Below are positions 26,262-35,728 of a DNA stretch of 64,000 nucleotides, piece after piece. Positions within the stretch are counted from its first letter, which is position 1. Each line of letters opens with the position of its first letter. The notes beneath the pieces were generated by a model, which searched no databases, was not told the origin of the DNA, and saw nothing but the letters and a program-made list of their open reading frames with translations. Origin of the DNA: Mycobacteriales bacterium (GTDB taxonomy: Bacteria > Actinomycetota > Actinomycetes > Mycobacteriales > CADCTP01); the NCBI GenBank assembly GCA_039648995.1, contig JBBWZH010000045.1:2821-66820 (forward strand), given 5' to 3'. Both the position numbers and the translations under genes were made by a program.

Positions 26262-27068
26262 GTGTGGACTAACGTCGCGCCGATGAGCGCGATTCTGGTG
26301 CCGTACCACCTCGAGGAGTACCTGCCGGATCTGGACGTGCCGGTGCGGACGGCGGTCACGGTGCGCGCGGTGGCCGCCGGCGGCGATCAATGGGCCCGGC
26401 TCGGCGGGCTCTACCGGCGGGTCGCGGCGGCGGTCCGGGACGAGGTGGGCGCTGGCGGGGCGGCCCTGGTGGTCAGCGGCGACTGCATGACCGCGCTGGG
26501 TACGGTCGCCGGGCTGCAGCGGGCGGGGTTGGATCCGGCGATCGTCTGGTTCGACGCGCACGGCGATCTGCAGACCCCGGAGACGTCGACGTCGGGGTAC
26601 GTCGGCGGGATGCCGCTGCGGATCCTGGTCGGACACCGGCCCGAACTGATCGCCGAGCGGCTCGGGCTGGCGGCGGTGGCACCGGACCGGGTCACCCTGG
26701 TCGGCGCCCGCGACCTCGACCCGCCAGAGGTCGCGTACCTGGCCGGCAGCGCCATCCGCAGCCTCCCCGTTGGCGCGGTGACCGCCGAGTCGCTGCCGGA
26801 CGGGCCGCTGTACCTGCACGTCGATCTGGACGTGATCGACCCCGCCGGCCTGCCCGGCCTGCGGTTCCCGGCCAGCGGCGGCCCGGACGCGGCCGCCACG
26901 ACCACCGCTCTGCGCCGGGTGCTCGACACCGGACGCGTCGCCGCGGTCGGCCTGGCCTGCACCTGGCGCCCCGGCCAGCACGCCGCCGACCGGCTCCGCC
27001 CACACCTGGAACCCCTGCTCGCCCGGCTACGCCCGGCGTCCGGCCACGGGCCGGCCCACCAGCGCTGA
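26262..27068 (+). CDS. Arginase/ureohydrolase-family protein with an atypical first metal motif
   Basis: 268 aa with DAHGD and HVDLDVIDP (DxDxxDP) present. The position of the canonical GGDH[ST] reads SGDCM. Alternative start ATG at 26283. Confidence 0.7.
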   Translation: MWTNVAPMSAILVPYHLEEYLPDLDVPVRTAVTVRAVAAGGDQWARLGGLYRRVAAAVRDEVGAGGAALVVSGDCMTALGTVAGLQRAGLDPAIVWFDAHGDLQTPETSTSGYVGGMPLRILVGHRPELIAERLGLAAVAPDRVTLVGARDLDPPEVAYLAGSAIRSLPVGAVTAESLPDGPLYLHVDLDVIDPAGLPGLRFPASGGPDAAATTTALRRVLDTGRVAAVGLACTWRPGQHAADRLRPHLEPLLARLRPASGHGPAHQR

Positions 27069-27217
27069 CCGGCTCCCAGCCGGCGACCCGGTGTCCCAGC
27101 AGGTTGGCGTCGACCCGGCGGGACAGCTCGTCGTCCCCGTCGTTGCGCTCCTGGCCGGCGAGGAACCGGTACTCCGGCCCGCGGCCCGTCCACGAAACCG
27201 CGCAGCGGCGCGGGCGG

Positions 27218-30200
27218 TCACTCCGCTGCCGGGTCGGCGGTCAGCTCGTGGCCGTTCCAGGTGAAGCGGGCGGTGGTCACGGCGTCGTCGCCGTCGCCGG
27301 TGATGAGCTGGTGGATGCCGATGCCGGGTAGTTCGGCGTAGGTGCACCACTCGTGGTCGGAGGTGAGGACCAGGTCCAGGTCGAGCGCGGACAGGAGGGC
27401 GAAGACCTGGCCGCGGTTGGTGCTGTCGACGCCGACGAAGACCTCGTCCAGCAGGATGATCCGGGGGGATTCCGGGACCGCCTGATAGTGCGCGGCCACG
27501 GCGGCGAACAGTGGCAGGTGCAGCGCGATGGCCTTCTCGCCGCCGGACAGCGCCCCGTGCAGGGCCCGGGTGAGCAGTTGCCAACCCGTGCCGTTGTCGC
27601 GGTCGAGCTTCACCACGAAGCGGTGCCAGGCGGTGTAGTCGAGGACCTGGCCGAGCTGCTCCTCCCAGCTGGCCGCGGTGTCTTCCGTCCTGGCCTGCTC
27701 GATGCGGTCGCGGAAGAACCGGTGCAGGGACTCGCGGTCGGCCTCGGTCAGCCGCACCGGGTCGCGCAGCAGCAGGTCGCGGGCGGCCTTGGTGCCGGAC
27801 GGCAGGTCGGGCGCGATCTGCCACACCAGCCGCACGGCCACCTTGGACGCGGTGCGGACCCGTTCCAGCCGCGCGTTCATGTCGTCGACCAACTCGTTCG
27901 CCTGCCGGATGCGGGCGGCGAGGTGGCGCCGGGTGTCGCCGGTGAGGGTCTGATCGAACAGCTTCCGTTCCCGCTCGGTGATCTCGTCCCGGCTGCGGGC
28001 CAGATCGCCGTCGAGGATGCCGTGCAGTTCGGCGGCGCCGACCCGGATGCCGTCCACCGTCGCGGTGAAGATCTGGACGTCCTCGTCGGTCTCCAGGTCG
28101 AGGTCGGCGCGGGCCTGCAGCGTCGTCCGGCAGGCGTGGACGGTCTCGGTGAGCCGGTGCAGCGCATCGCCCAGGTTGTTCGGCGCGTAGGGCACGGACG
28201 GCCAGGTGGCGGCGACGTGCTGGGCGGCCCTCAGCGCCGCGCGGACGCCTTCGGAGGACGCCAGCGCCGCACGGAACCCGTCCGGGTCGTCGATCCGGCT
28301 GTCGTCGCCCAGTACGCCGCCGGCCAGGTGCCGGAACCGGTGCGCCGCCGCGTCCCGGGCGGCGGTCGCCTGGTCGCGGGCCGTGCCGTCCGCCGCCAGG
28401 TTCGCCTCCAGCCGGCTCAACCGGCCGGTGAGGGCCCTGATCGCGGCGTGGGCGGCGCGGAGCCGACCGGCCAGTTCGGTACGGGACCGGCGCAGGTCGC
28501 CGAGGTCGGCCAGCACCTGCTGGTAGTCGGCGCCGATCGTGCTCTCCACCGCGGCCAGCCGGGCCGCGAGCTGCCCGTGCTCGCCGGCCGCGTCGCCGGC
28601 GTCCGACTCCCGCTCGGCCGCGGTGCCGACGGCGCGGGCGGCCTGCTCGGCGAGTGACGCCAGGTTCCGGCGGGCCGATGTCAGTTCCGCGTGCGCGTCC
28701 AGCCAGGCCTCGGCCTGCTCGCCGAACAGCCGGGTCGCGGTGGCGAGCGTGTCCAGCGCGGACCGCTCGGTCGGCACGGCGGCCTCGGCGGCCCGGCTCA
28801 CCAGCTCGCGCAGGGTCGCGGTGGCGGCGGCCTCCCGCGCGGCGAGGCCGTCGATCCGCTGCCGGACGGTGGCGTCCGTGGCGGCGAGGGTCGCGTCGGC
28901 GTGGGTGACCTTCTCGGTGGCCCCGGCCAGCGGGGCGTGGCTGGGCCGGGCGGCGCGCTCGGCGGCGAGCGCGTCCCGCCGGGCGGATAGGGCAGCCAGC
29001 TCGGCCCGCAGCCGACCGACGCGGGTGTCGCAGTCGGCCAGCCGTGCCAGCAGCTCGGTGAGGCGCCGCTGCCGGGCCCGCTCGCGCGCCCGGGCGCCGA
29101 TGTGCTCGGCGTGGTCCTTGTGCCAGCTGCCGGCGAGGTTGGCCAGCCGCCAGGTGCCGTCCGCGCCGACCGCCGCCGGCCCGCCGACCGCCGCCGGCCC
29201 GCCGGGCGGCAGCCGCTCACCGAAGGCCACCGCCGACAGCAGGCGTTGCACGGCCGCCGGCGCCACCCCGGGCGCCCGCTCCGCCCCGGACGCCGGCTCC
29301 GGCCCGACCGCCGGCTCTGGGACCAGGACGTCGGCCAGCGACCGGCCGGCGACCGGCGCGAGCGCGTCCGGGTCGGCCAGCACGTCGTGCCCGACCACCC
29401 GGCCGTCCGCGCTCACCCAGGCGTCCAGCAGCCCGGCGGCCTCCAGGGCCGCCTCGATCGAACCGCGGTCGGTCTCCGGCACGGCCGGCGCGAAGTCGAC
29501 CAGCCGCCACAGCGGCGCGCCGGCCAGCGCGGCCCGGTCCGCCGTCCTGGTCGGCGGGGGCAGCGGCGGCAGGTCGTGCTCGGCGCGCAGCCGGTCGATC
29601 TCCGTGCTCAGCTCGGTGTGTTCGGCGCGCGCCGCGGTCAGATCGGCGGTGGCGACCGTGTCCAGCCGGGTGATCGTGGCCAGCGCTGTCGCGGCGGCGG
29701 CGTCGATCGTGCCGAGCACCGCCGGCTCCGACTCGGCCAGCGCGGCGACCGCGCCCGGGTCGGCGAACGCGAGCTCCCGGCAACCGGCGGCCCAGGTCGA
29801 CAGCCGGTCGGCCAGGTCGATCAGCGCCTGCTCCCGGTCGTCGGCGGCGGCATCGCGCGCCTCCCGGGCCTGCGCGTAGCCGGCGCGGGCGCGGTCGAGG
29901 TCCTGCTCGGCCTCCTGCCGCCGCTCGATCGCGCGCTCGTGCCCGGTGAGCGCCTCGCTGACCGCGCCGAGCTGCTCCTGCCGGCTCCGTAGGACCGCCC
30001 GCAGCAGCGGCCTGGCCCGGACCGACTCGGTATCGAGAACGCCGGCCAGCTCGCCGTGCGCGGTGTCCAGGCCGGCCCGGGCCGCCGCCCGGGCGGCGGC
30101 AGCCGCGGCCGTTCCAACGGCGCCCGCCTGGGTGGCGGCGGTCTGCTCGGCCACCCGCCGCCTGGCCTCGTCCGCGTCCGCCAGCGTTCGGGCCTGCTCG

Positions 30201-31342
30201 GCGAGCGACCGGAACCGCTCGGCCCGGGCCTGCGCGGCGGACGTGTCCTGCCGCAGCCGGTCCAGCTCCATACCCTGCTGGTACGCCTCGCTCTCGGTCA
30301 GGCCGGCGATCCGCGCCTCGGCCTCGCCGATCTGCCGCTCGAGGCCGACGGCATCCGCGTCGGCCGCCGCCAGCTCGGCGGCGACCGTCGCGTGCTCCTC
30401 GGCGGACAGCCGCGCCTTGCGGGTGATGTTGTCCAGCTCGGTGGTCGCCGAGATCACCGTGGCGGCGCCGGCCCGCAGCACCCGCCGGGCGTACGCCTGC
30501 TGCCGGGCGGCCAGCGTGCGGGTCGCCTCCACCTCGGCCGCCAGCGCCCGAACCCGCTCCCGCTGGGCGTCGAGCCGCTCGAAGCCCTCGGCCAGGTCGG
30601 CGATCTCCTGCTGATCGAGTGGCGGCAGCGCCCGGGACAGCAGCGTCGACAGCAACGCCGGGTCCAGCCGCTGGGACAGCTTCGGCGTCCGCAGCTGCAG
30701 CAGCGCGGTGATCAGCGCGTCGTACCGGCGCTCCCCCATCGATGGGAACAGTGCCGCCCGGACCGCCGCCCGGTAGTCGCCGGCGTTGCCGTGCACCTGG
30801 CCGCTGTCGCCGAGGTGCTGCTCCAGCGCCGACCGCGTCAGCGGCTGCCGCGCGTCGTTCACCAGGGCCAGCCCGCCCGGCCGGCCCACCCGCAGGTCGG
30901 TGGTGAAGTAGTCGGCGTGCACGGTGGTGGTGTGTGCGCTGGCCTGCAGCCGGGCGCCGCAGGTGAACCACCGGTCGGCGGCCCCGGCCGGGCCCGCCGT
31001 GGCGGCGGAGCCGAACTCGAGCCAGACGTAGCCGACCCGGGTGGTGCCGCTCGCGCCCTCGCCCATCAGGTTCCAGTGCATGCTGCGCTCGCCGGTGCCG
31101 AACGTGGACAGCCGGCTGGCTCGCAGGTTGGCGTCGAACAGGAACGGCAGCAGCAGTTCCAGCGCCTTGGACTTGCCGCTGCCGTTCTGCCCGCGCAGCA
31201 GCAGGCGCCCGTCGTGGAACTCGAAGATCTCGTCGTGGTAGCGCCAGACGTTGAGGATGCCGGCCCGGCTGGGCCGCCACCGCGCCGGCCGCTCCCGGGG
31301 CACCTCACCCCGGGCCGGCCGCGGCAACTCGGTCACAGTCAT
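27218..31342 (-). CDS. jetC: Wadjet JetC: SMC-like ATPase (TIGR02680-like)
   Basis: 1374 aa. N-terminal Walker A is GQNGSGKSKALELL. The middle is long, Ala/Arg/Glu-rich and coiled-coil-like. C-terminal signature LSGGEKAIAL and Walker B RIILLDEVFVGVD. Confidence 0.85.
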   Translation of the reverse strand: MTVTELPRPARGEVPRERPARWRPSRAGILNVWRYHDEIFEFHDGRLLLRGQNGSGKSKALELLLPFLFDANLRASRLSTFGTGERSMHWNLMGEGASGTTRVGYVWLEFGSAATAGPAGAADRWFTCGARLQASAHTTTVHADYFTTDLRVGRPGGLALVNDARQPLTRSALEQHLGDSGQVHGNAGDYRAAVRAALFPSMGERRYDALITALLQLRTPKLSQRLDPALLSTLLSRALPPLDQQEIADLAEGFERLDAQRERVRALAAEVEATRTLAARQQAYARRVLRAGAATVISATTELDNITRKARLSAEEHATVAAELAAADADAVGLERQIGEAEARIAGLTESEAYQQGMELDRLRQDTSAAQARAERFRSLAEQARTLADADEARRRVAEQTAATQAGAVGTAAAAAARAAARAGLDTAHGELAGVLDTESVRARPLLRAVLRSRQEQLGAVSEALTGHERAIERRQEAEQDLDRARAGYAQAREARDAAADDREQALIDLADRLSTWAAGCRELAFADPGAVAALAESEPAVLGTIDAAAATALATITRLDTVATADLTAARAEHTELSTEIDRLRAEHDLPPLPPPTRTADRAALAGAPLWRLVDFAPAVPETDRGSIEAALEAAGLLDAWVSADGRVVGHDVLADPDALAPVAGRSLADVLVPEPAVGPEPASGAERAPGVAPAAVQRLLSAVAFGERLPPGGPAAVGGPAAVGADGTWRLANLAGSWHKDHAEHIGARARERARQRRLTELLARLADCDTRVGRLRAELAALSARRDALAAERAARPSHAPLAGATEKVTHADATLAATDATVRQRIDGLAAREAAATATLRELVSRAAEAAVPTERSALDTLATATRLFGEQAEAWLDAHAELTSARRNLASLAEQAARAVGTAAERESDAGDAAGEHGQLAARLAAVESTIGADYQQVLADLGDLRRSRTELAGRLRAAHAAIRALTGRLSRLEANLAADGTARDQATAARDAAAHRFRHLAGGVLGDDSRIDDPDGFRAALASSEGVRAALRAAQHVAATWPSVPYAPNNLGDALHRLTETVHACRTTLQARADLDLETDEDVQIFTATVDGIRVGAAELHGILDGDLARSRDEITERERKLFDQTLTGDTRRHLAARIRQANELVDDMNARLERVRTASKVAVRLVWQIAPDLPSGTKAARDLLLRDPVRLTEADRESLHRFFRDRIEQARTEDTAASWEEQLGQVLDYTAWHRFVVKLDRDNGTGWQLLTRALHGALSGGEKAIALHLPLFAAVAAHYQAVPESPRIILLDEVFVGVDSTNRGQVFALLSALDLDLVLTSDHEWCTYAELPGIGIHQLITGDGDDAVTTARFTWNGHELTADPAAE

Positions 31343-31424
31343 GAGGCGGCCCTCCGAGTGGGCATCGCAGGTGCCGTCCGGGGCGCCGCGGAGCGGAGCG
31401 AGGAGGACCGCCGGGCTGGCACCG

Positions 31425-32690
31425 TCACGGTAGGTCCTCCTCGGTCAGGGCGCTGCCGCGGGTTTCGACCACGGCGTACCGGGCGGCCGCGGGCAGTGGC
31501 TCGACCACCCCGCCGCTCACCCGGACCAGGCCGAACTCGGTGAGCACGGCGAGCGCGTCGGCCAGCAACCGGGCCGGCCCGCCGTCGTCCTGGTACTGCT
31601 TGGCCCAGCGTGGCGAGCGGGCCAGCAGCCCGGCCGCGGCGACCTCCAGCTGTTCGGTGACCACCGGCTCCGGCCGGCCGCCCGTCCCCGACATGCCATC
31701 GAGTAGCAGCAGCGCCGCGACCTTGGCGGTGCTCGCGTCGTCCGGGAACCGGCCGTCGGTGGCCAGCCCGTCGCGGTCGACCAGCAGCACGCCCTCGGCC
31801 CGCTCCTCGGCCGCGAAACCACCCTCCGCCGCTGCCCTGCGGAGCAACTGCCGGCCGGTCGGCGAGGCGAGGTAGCCGCACTCGTCGGCGGTCAGGTCAT
31901 CGAGGTACACCACCGGGTCGTCCACCAGCCGGCGGAAGATCGAATGCCGCAGCCACAGGTTCCGCTGCACCTCCGAGCCGCCGGCCCCATCCACCGCTCG
32001 CTCGGCGGCCGGGCCGTACCGGCGTTCGCGGGAGACCGCGGCCAGCATCTCCTCGAACCGCACGGCCACCTCGCCGGGCGGGACGGCCAGCTGCGACGGC
32101 CCGACCGGGACCGAGAGCAGCCGCAGCAGCAGCGTCGCGTCGACCCGGTACAGCACCTTCGCCGCGGCCGAATCCTCGAACGCCGTCGTGGCCCCGTCCA
32201 GCACCTCGACCACGCCGTACGCCTCGAGCACGCGCAGGACGTCGACGAATGCCATCCGCTCGGCGCGGCTCGCGGTGTCGAACGTCGCGACCACGTCGTC
32301 GGCGGCGGTGGCCCGGCTCACCCGGTCGGCCAGCAGGCCGACCGTGGTCACCGGGACGGCGAGCAGCTCAGCCGCCACCACACACAGCAGCACGTACCGC
32401 CGCCGGTCGAACGGCGCGCGGCCGGACCGCAGCCGCCGCGCCGGGCGGGTGGCGTCGGCGGCCGGCCGGACCTTGAACAGCCGGACGTACCCCAGCCGCG
32501 GCTCGACGACCAGCGTCCAGCCGCAGTAGTAGTCGAACCAGCGCTGGATCGGCTCGCGCCGGCGGCGGATCAGGTCGAACTCCTCGCGGGCGGTGCGTTC
32601 GGCGATCAGCGGCCGGGCGAGCAGGAGCCGGATGCCGCGGGCGACGTCCTCCCGCTCCGCGACAACCAGCTGGTTGGCGAGCTGGCTCAT
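31425..32690 (-). CDS. jetB: Wadjet JetB (TIGR02678/DUF2398-like)
   Basis: Only the last 421 aa of ORF 31425..34292 are used. ATG at 32690 forms an ATGA overlap with the jetA stop. Call is based on position between the jetA-like and jetC-like genes and remembered family-level similarity. Confidence 0.65.
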   Translation of the reverse strand: MSQLANQLVVAEREDVARGIRLLLARPLIAERTAREEFDLIRRRREPIQRWFDYYCGWTLVVEPRLGYVRLFKVRPAADATRPARRLRSGRAPFDRRRYVLLCVVAAELLAVPVTTVGLLADRVSRATAADDVVATFDTASRAERMAFVDVLRVLEAYGVVEVLDGATTAFEDSAAAKVLYRVDATLLLRLLSVPVGPSQLAVPPGEVAVRFEEMLAAVSRERRYGPAAERAVDGAGGSEVQRNLWLRHSIFRRLVDDPVVYLDDLTADECGYLASPTGRQLLRRAAAEGGFAAEERAEGVLLVDRDGLATDGRFPDDASTAKVAALLLLDGMSGTGGRPEPVVTEQLEVAAAGLLARSPRWAKQYQDDGGPARLLADALAVLTEFGLVRVSGGVVEPLPAAARYAVVETRGSALTEEDLP

Positions 32691-34234
32691 CGGCGCTCCC
32701 CGGACGCCTGCCGGGCCTCGCCGGCCCGGCCGTGGCCGGCGGCACGGATCTCGATCTCGTAGTCCGGGCCGGCGAACGTGCCGCGGGCGGTGGTCAGCCG
32801 GGCGGTCGCGCCGTCCGCCGGTGGCCGCAGCAGGATCTCGATGCGGCCGTCGATCGTGCTGCTCCGCCGGGCGCCGGTGCGGCCGGGCGGTCGGTCGAGC
32901 GCCCGGCCCAGCAGGTCGAGCAGGCGCTCGAAGACCGCGTGGTCGAGCCGGCCGAACGCGGACAGCCGCACCGGGCCGCCGGTGTCCAGCATGCTCCAGG
33001 CCGCCTCCAGCTCGGCCCGCTCGGCGAGCGCCTGCTCGGCGCGGGCGGCCTTGATCGCGTCCACATCGCGGACCCGGCCGGTGCGGCTGAAGCGCTCGGT
33101 GCGGCCGGCCGACCGCAGCAGCGCCGACACCGGCACCGGCGGGGCCTGCCGCCAGGACGCGGACGAGCTGACCAGCTCCGGATCCGGGTGCGCGAGGTGG
33201 GCGTGCCGGGCGGGGCTCAGCCCGAACATCGTCGACCACAGCCGGTGCAGGTCGGCCTGACCGGGCACCACGCTGAACCAGCGGGCGAGCTCGCGGAAGT
33301 CGGCGATCGCGCTGCTCGACCGGCGCCGCGACTCGGTGATCCGATCGAGCACCTGCAGCAGCGTGATGATCGCCCGGCGGGCCACCAGATGAAGCTCCTC
33401 GACCCGGGCGGTGGACCCGTCGTCGGGCAGGAACCAGGCTCGCAGGCCGGCCCACCGGGCCCGGCGGTGTTCCAGCCAGGCCGGGCCCGGGTCGGGGCCC
33501 GGCAGCCGCGGCAGCTCGGCGCCGAGCAGCGCCCGCTGCTGCAGCACGGCCACCCCGCGCTGCTCTACCGCCCGGATCCGGGTCGCGATCGCCTCGGCCC
33601 GGTGCTCCAGATCGGTCACGAACTCCTGCAGGTAGGCCACCGTGGACGCCTTGACCTCGTGGAAGGTCGCCAGGTCCGGCCCCTCGGCGCGGAGCAGCCG
33701 CTGCAACTCGCCGTTGAACTGCGTCGTGTTGCCACGCAGCGCGGTCAGGTGCCCCTCCAGCTCGGACAGCGCCGTGAAGATCCGCCGGTTCGAACCGCCG
33801 TCGAGTAGTTGCACCAGCTCGCCGAGCTTGTCGCAGATCGCGTCCAGCACGGCGGTCTGCAGCGCGCCGGTCGAGGCCAGCACGGTCATCGCGTGCGTCA
33901 CGCCGGCGAACGCGGCCTCGCCCTGGCGGGTCAACGAGTACTGCAGGTTCCGCCGCTCGTACTCGCTGGCGGTGCGGTAGTTCTCCGAATGGTTCTGCAC
34001 GACGTCGACCAGGCGCCAGTCGGCCAGCTGCCGCAGCGCCGCGACCAGGTCGTCGTCCGCCAGCGCGTCGAGCCAGCCGACGGACCGCAGCCGGGCCCGC
34101 ACGTCGTCCAGGCTCAGCGCGGTCTCCAGCCGCTCGTTCGCCTCGCTGAACGCATGCAGGACCGACACGTACAGCCCGGCCCGATCTCCCGTGGTGAAAC
34201 GGAACATCTCGGGCGGGACGCGGATCGGATCCAC
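32687..34234 (-). CDS. jetA: Wadjet JetA (TIGR02677/DUF2397-like)
   Basis: 515 aa starting MDPIRVPPEMFRFTTGDRAGLYVSVLHAF, helical. It is the first of the coupled jetA-jetB pair. Confidence 0.65.
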   Translation of the reverse strand: MDPIRVPPEMFRFTTGDRAGLYVSVLHAFSEANERLETALSLDDVRARLRSVGWLDALADDDLVAALRQLADWRLVDVVQNHSENYRTASEYERRNLQYSLTRQGEAAFAGVTHAMTVLASTGALQTAVLDAICDKLGELVQLLDGGSNRRIFTALSELEGHLTALRGNTTQFNGELQRLLRAEGPDLATFHEVKASTVAYLQEFVTDLEHRAEAIATRIRAVEQRGVAVLQQRALLGAELPRLPGPDPGPAWLEHRRARWAGLRAWFLPDDGSTARVEELHLVARRAIITLLQVLDRITESRRRSSSAIADFRELARWFSVVPGQADLHRLWSTMFGLSPARHAHLAHPDPELVSSSASWRQAPPVPVSALLRSAGRTERFSRTGRVRDVDAIKAARAEQALAERAELEAAWSMLDTGGPVRLSAFGRLDHAVFERLLDLLGRALDRPPGRTGARRSSTIDGRIEILLRPPADGATARLTTARGTFAGPDYEIEIRAAGHGRAGEARQASGERR

Positions 34235-34307
34235 CGTTCCTCCCCCGTACTCGACGAGCGCCGGGGACGACGATAGGGCCTGGCGCCGACAAATTTGCGA
34301 CGTACGT

Positions 34308-35654
34308 TCAGCCGCTCAGTTCCGCGAGCAGCGCCGGCGCCACCCGCTCCTCCGGCACGGTCGTGCCGACCCGGAGCAGGTGGCCGGCCAGGTCGGCGTC
34401 CCAGGGCACCGGGGTGACCCGGCCCACCGGCGGGCCGCCGGCGACCGCGGCGAGGTAGTCCGCGCTGCTCATCCGCCACGGCCGCGCGCCGGTGCGGGCG
34501 ATCACGTTCGCCGCGATCCGCAGCCCGTCGCCGTCGAAGTCGCCGTGGTAGTGCAGGGTGGCGCCACCGGCGGCCAGCGTGCGCAGGAACCGGATCCCGG
34601 CCGCGCTCGGCCAGCCCGACACGCAGACCAGCGGCGGGCACCCGCGGTCGAACTCGCGCAGCGCCAGGGCAAGCACCGCGGGATTCTCGACGATCCAGAC
34701 GTCGGCCGGAGCGCCGGCCCAGCCGGTGGCCGCCCGCAACTGGCCCAGCGTCAGCACCGCGGCCTGGCCGGCGTCCGCGGCCGCCCGGAGGATCGTCGGC
34801 ACCAGACCGTCGCCCGGGAGCCGGAAGCCGGCCGCGAGCACCGTGGACGAGAGCTCGTCCGGGGCGATCCCGACCCGCTCCCACAGCTCGCGGCGGGCCT
34901 CGGCGTCCAGCGGTGGCGGCAGGTCGAAGCTGGCGGCCAGCGCGCGCAGCACCAGCCCCGCGCAGCGACCCGGCTCGTCCAGGCCGTGCGGATCGCCGAG
35001 CACCCGGTCGGCGAACACCGGCTGCGGCAGGCCGGGCGCGGGCAGTTCGGCCAGCACCCGCAGCACGCGGTCCAACTCGTCCCGGGTGCGCGTGACCGAC
35101 CCGCCGACCAGCCCGCCGCGACGGACCCCGGCCGCCCACTCCGCCAATGCCGGCTGCCTTGCCACCACCGGGTGCCGCTCGAACCAGTCCCACAGGCCAT
35201 CCCGCTCCGCCGCCGCGCGGCGCCGCTCCGCCGCCCGGTCGGCGACCGGCCCGACCAGCCGCGTGACGACGCCGTGCACCCCGTCGCCGACCGCGTCCCG
35301 CAGCACGCCGTCCAGCAGCGGTATGGACACGGTCGCGTACTCGCCGGGCAGCCGGGCGAGCCCGAGCAGGTCGGCGAGGGCGGCCCGCTCGTCCGGCCCG
35401 AGCGGGCCGACCCGGACGCGGCTCACCGGCCGACCGGACGACAGGCGCGCATGCACGGCCCGCCACACCGGCGCCAGCGCCGGCGGCAGCCGCCCCTCGT
35501 CGATCCCGATGGCCGCAGCATAGAGCCGGGCCGGCGGCCCGAGCCGGCGCCGCCCTCGGTGGCGGTCACGGTGCTCTTCGACGGCCGCTGCGTCGGACCG
35601 ACCCTCACCGACGCACGTTCCGGCTTGAGCATGTCCTGCAGCGCGGTGTAGCAC
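34308..35654 (-). CDS. jetD: Wadjet JetD (TIGR02679/DUF2220-like, Toprim nuclease domain)
   Basis: C-terminal Toprim-like acidic motifs VWIVENPAV and HYHGDFDGDGLRIA. The start is uncertain: the first ~20 codons from the GTG at 35654 have poor third-position GC, and the next in-frame GTG is at 35468. Confidence 0.7.
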   Translation of the reverse strand: MLHRAAGHAQAGTCVGEGRSDAAAVEEHRDRHRGRRRLGPPARLYAAAIGIDEGRLPPALAPVWRAVHARLSSGRPVSRVRVGPLGPDERAALADLLGLARLPGEYATVSIPLLDGVLRDAVGDGVHGVVTRLVGPVADRAAERRRAAAERDGLWDWFERHPVVARQPALAEWAAGVRRGGLVGGSVTRTRDELDRVLRVLAELPAPGLPQPVFADRVLGDPHGLDEPGRCAGLVLRALAASFDLPPPLDAEARRELWERVGIAPDELSSTVLAAGFRLPGDGLVPTILRAAADAGQAAVLTLGQLRAATGWAGAPADVWIVENPAVLALALREFDRGCPPLVCVSGWPSAAGIRFLRTLAAGGATLHYHGDFDGDGLRIAANVIARTGARPWRMSSADYLAAVAGGPPVGRVTPVPWDADLAGHLLRVGTTVPEERVAPALLAELSG

Positions 35655-35728
35655 GATCCGCGGTCTCGGCGGCGATCGGGACCGGCTGCGGGCTGGTCAA
35701 GATCCGACCCGTGCTGGCGCGCGGTGGC

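Noticed and set aside
31425-34292. 955-aa ORF suggesting a giant JetB
   Set aside because: The first ~530 aa are Arg/Gly/Pro-rich nonsense overlapping the jetA coding frame. The real protein starts at the ATG at 32690, which overlaps the jetA stop.
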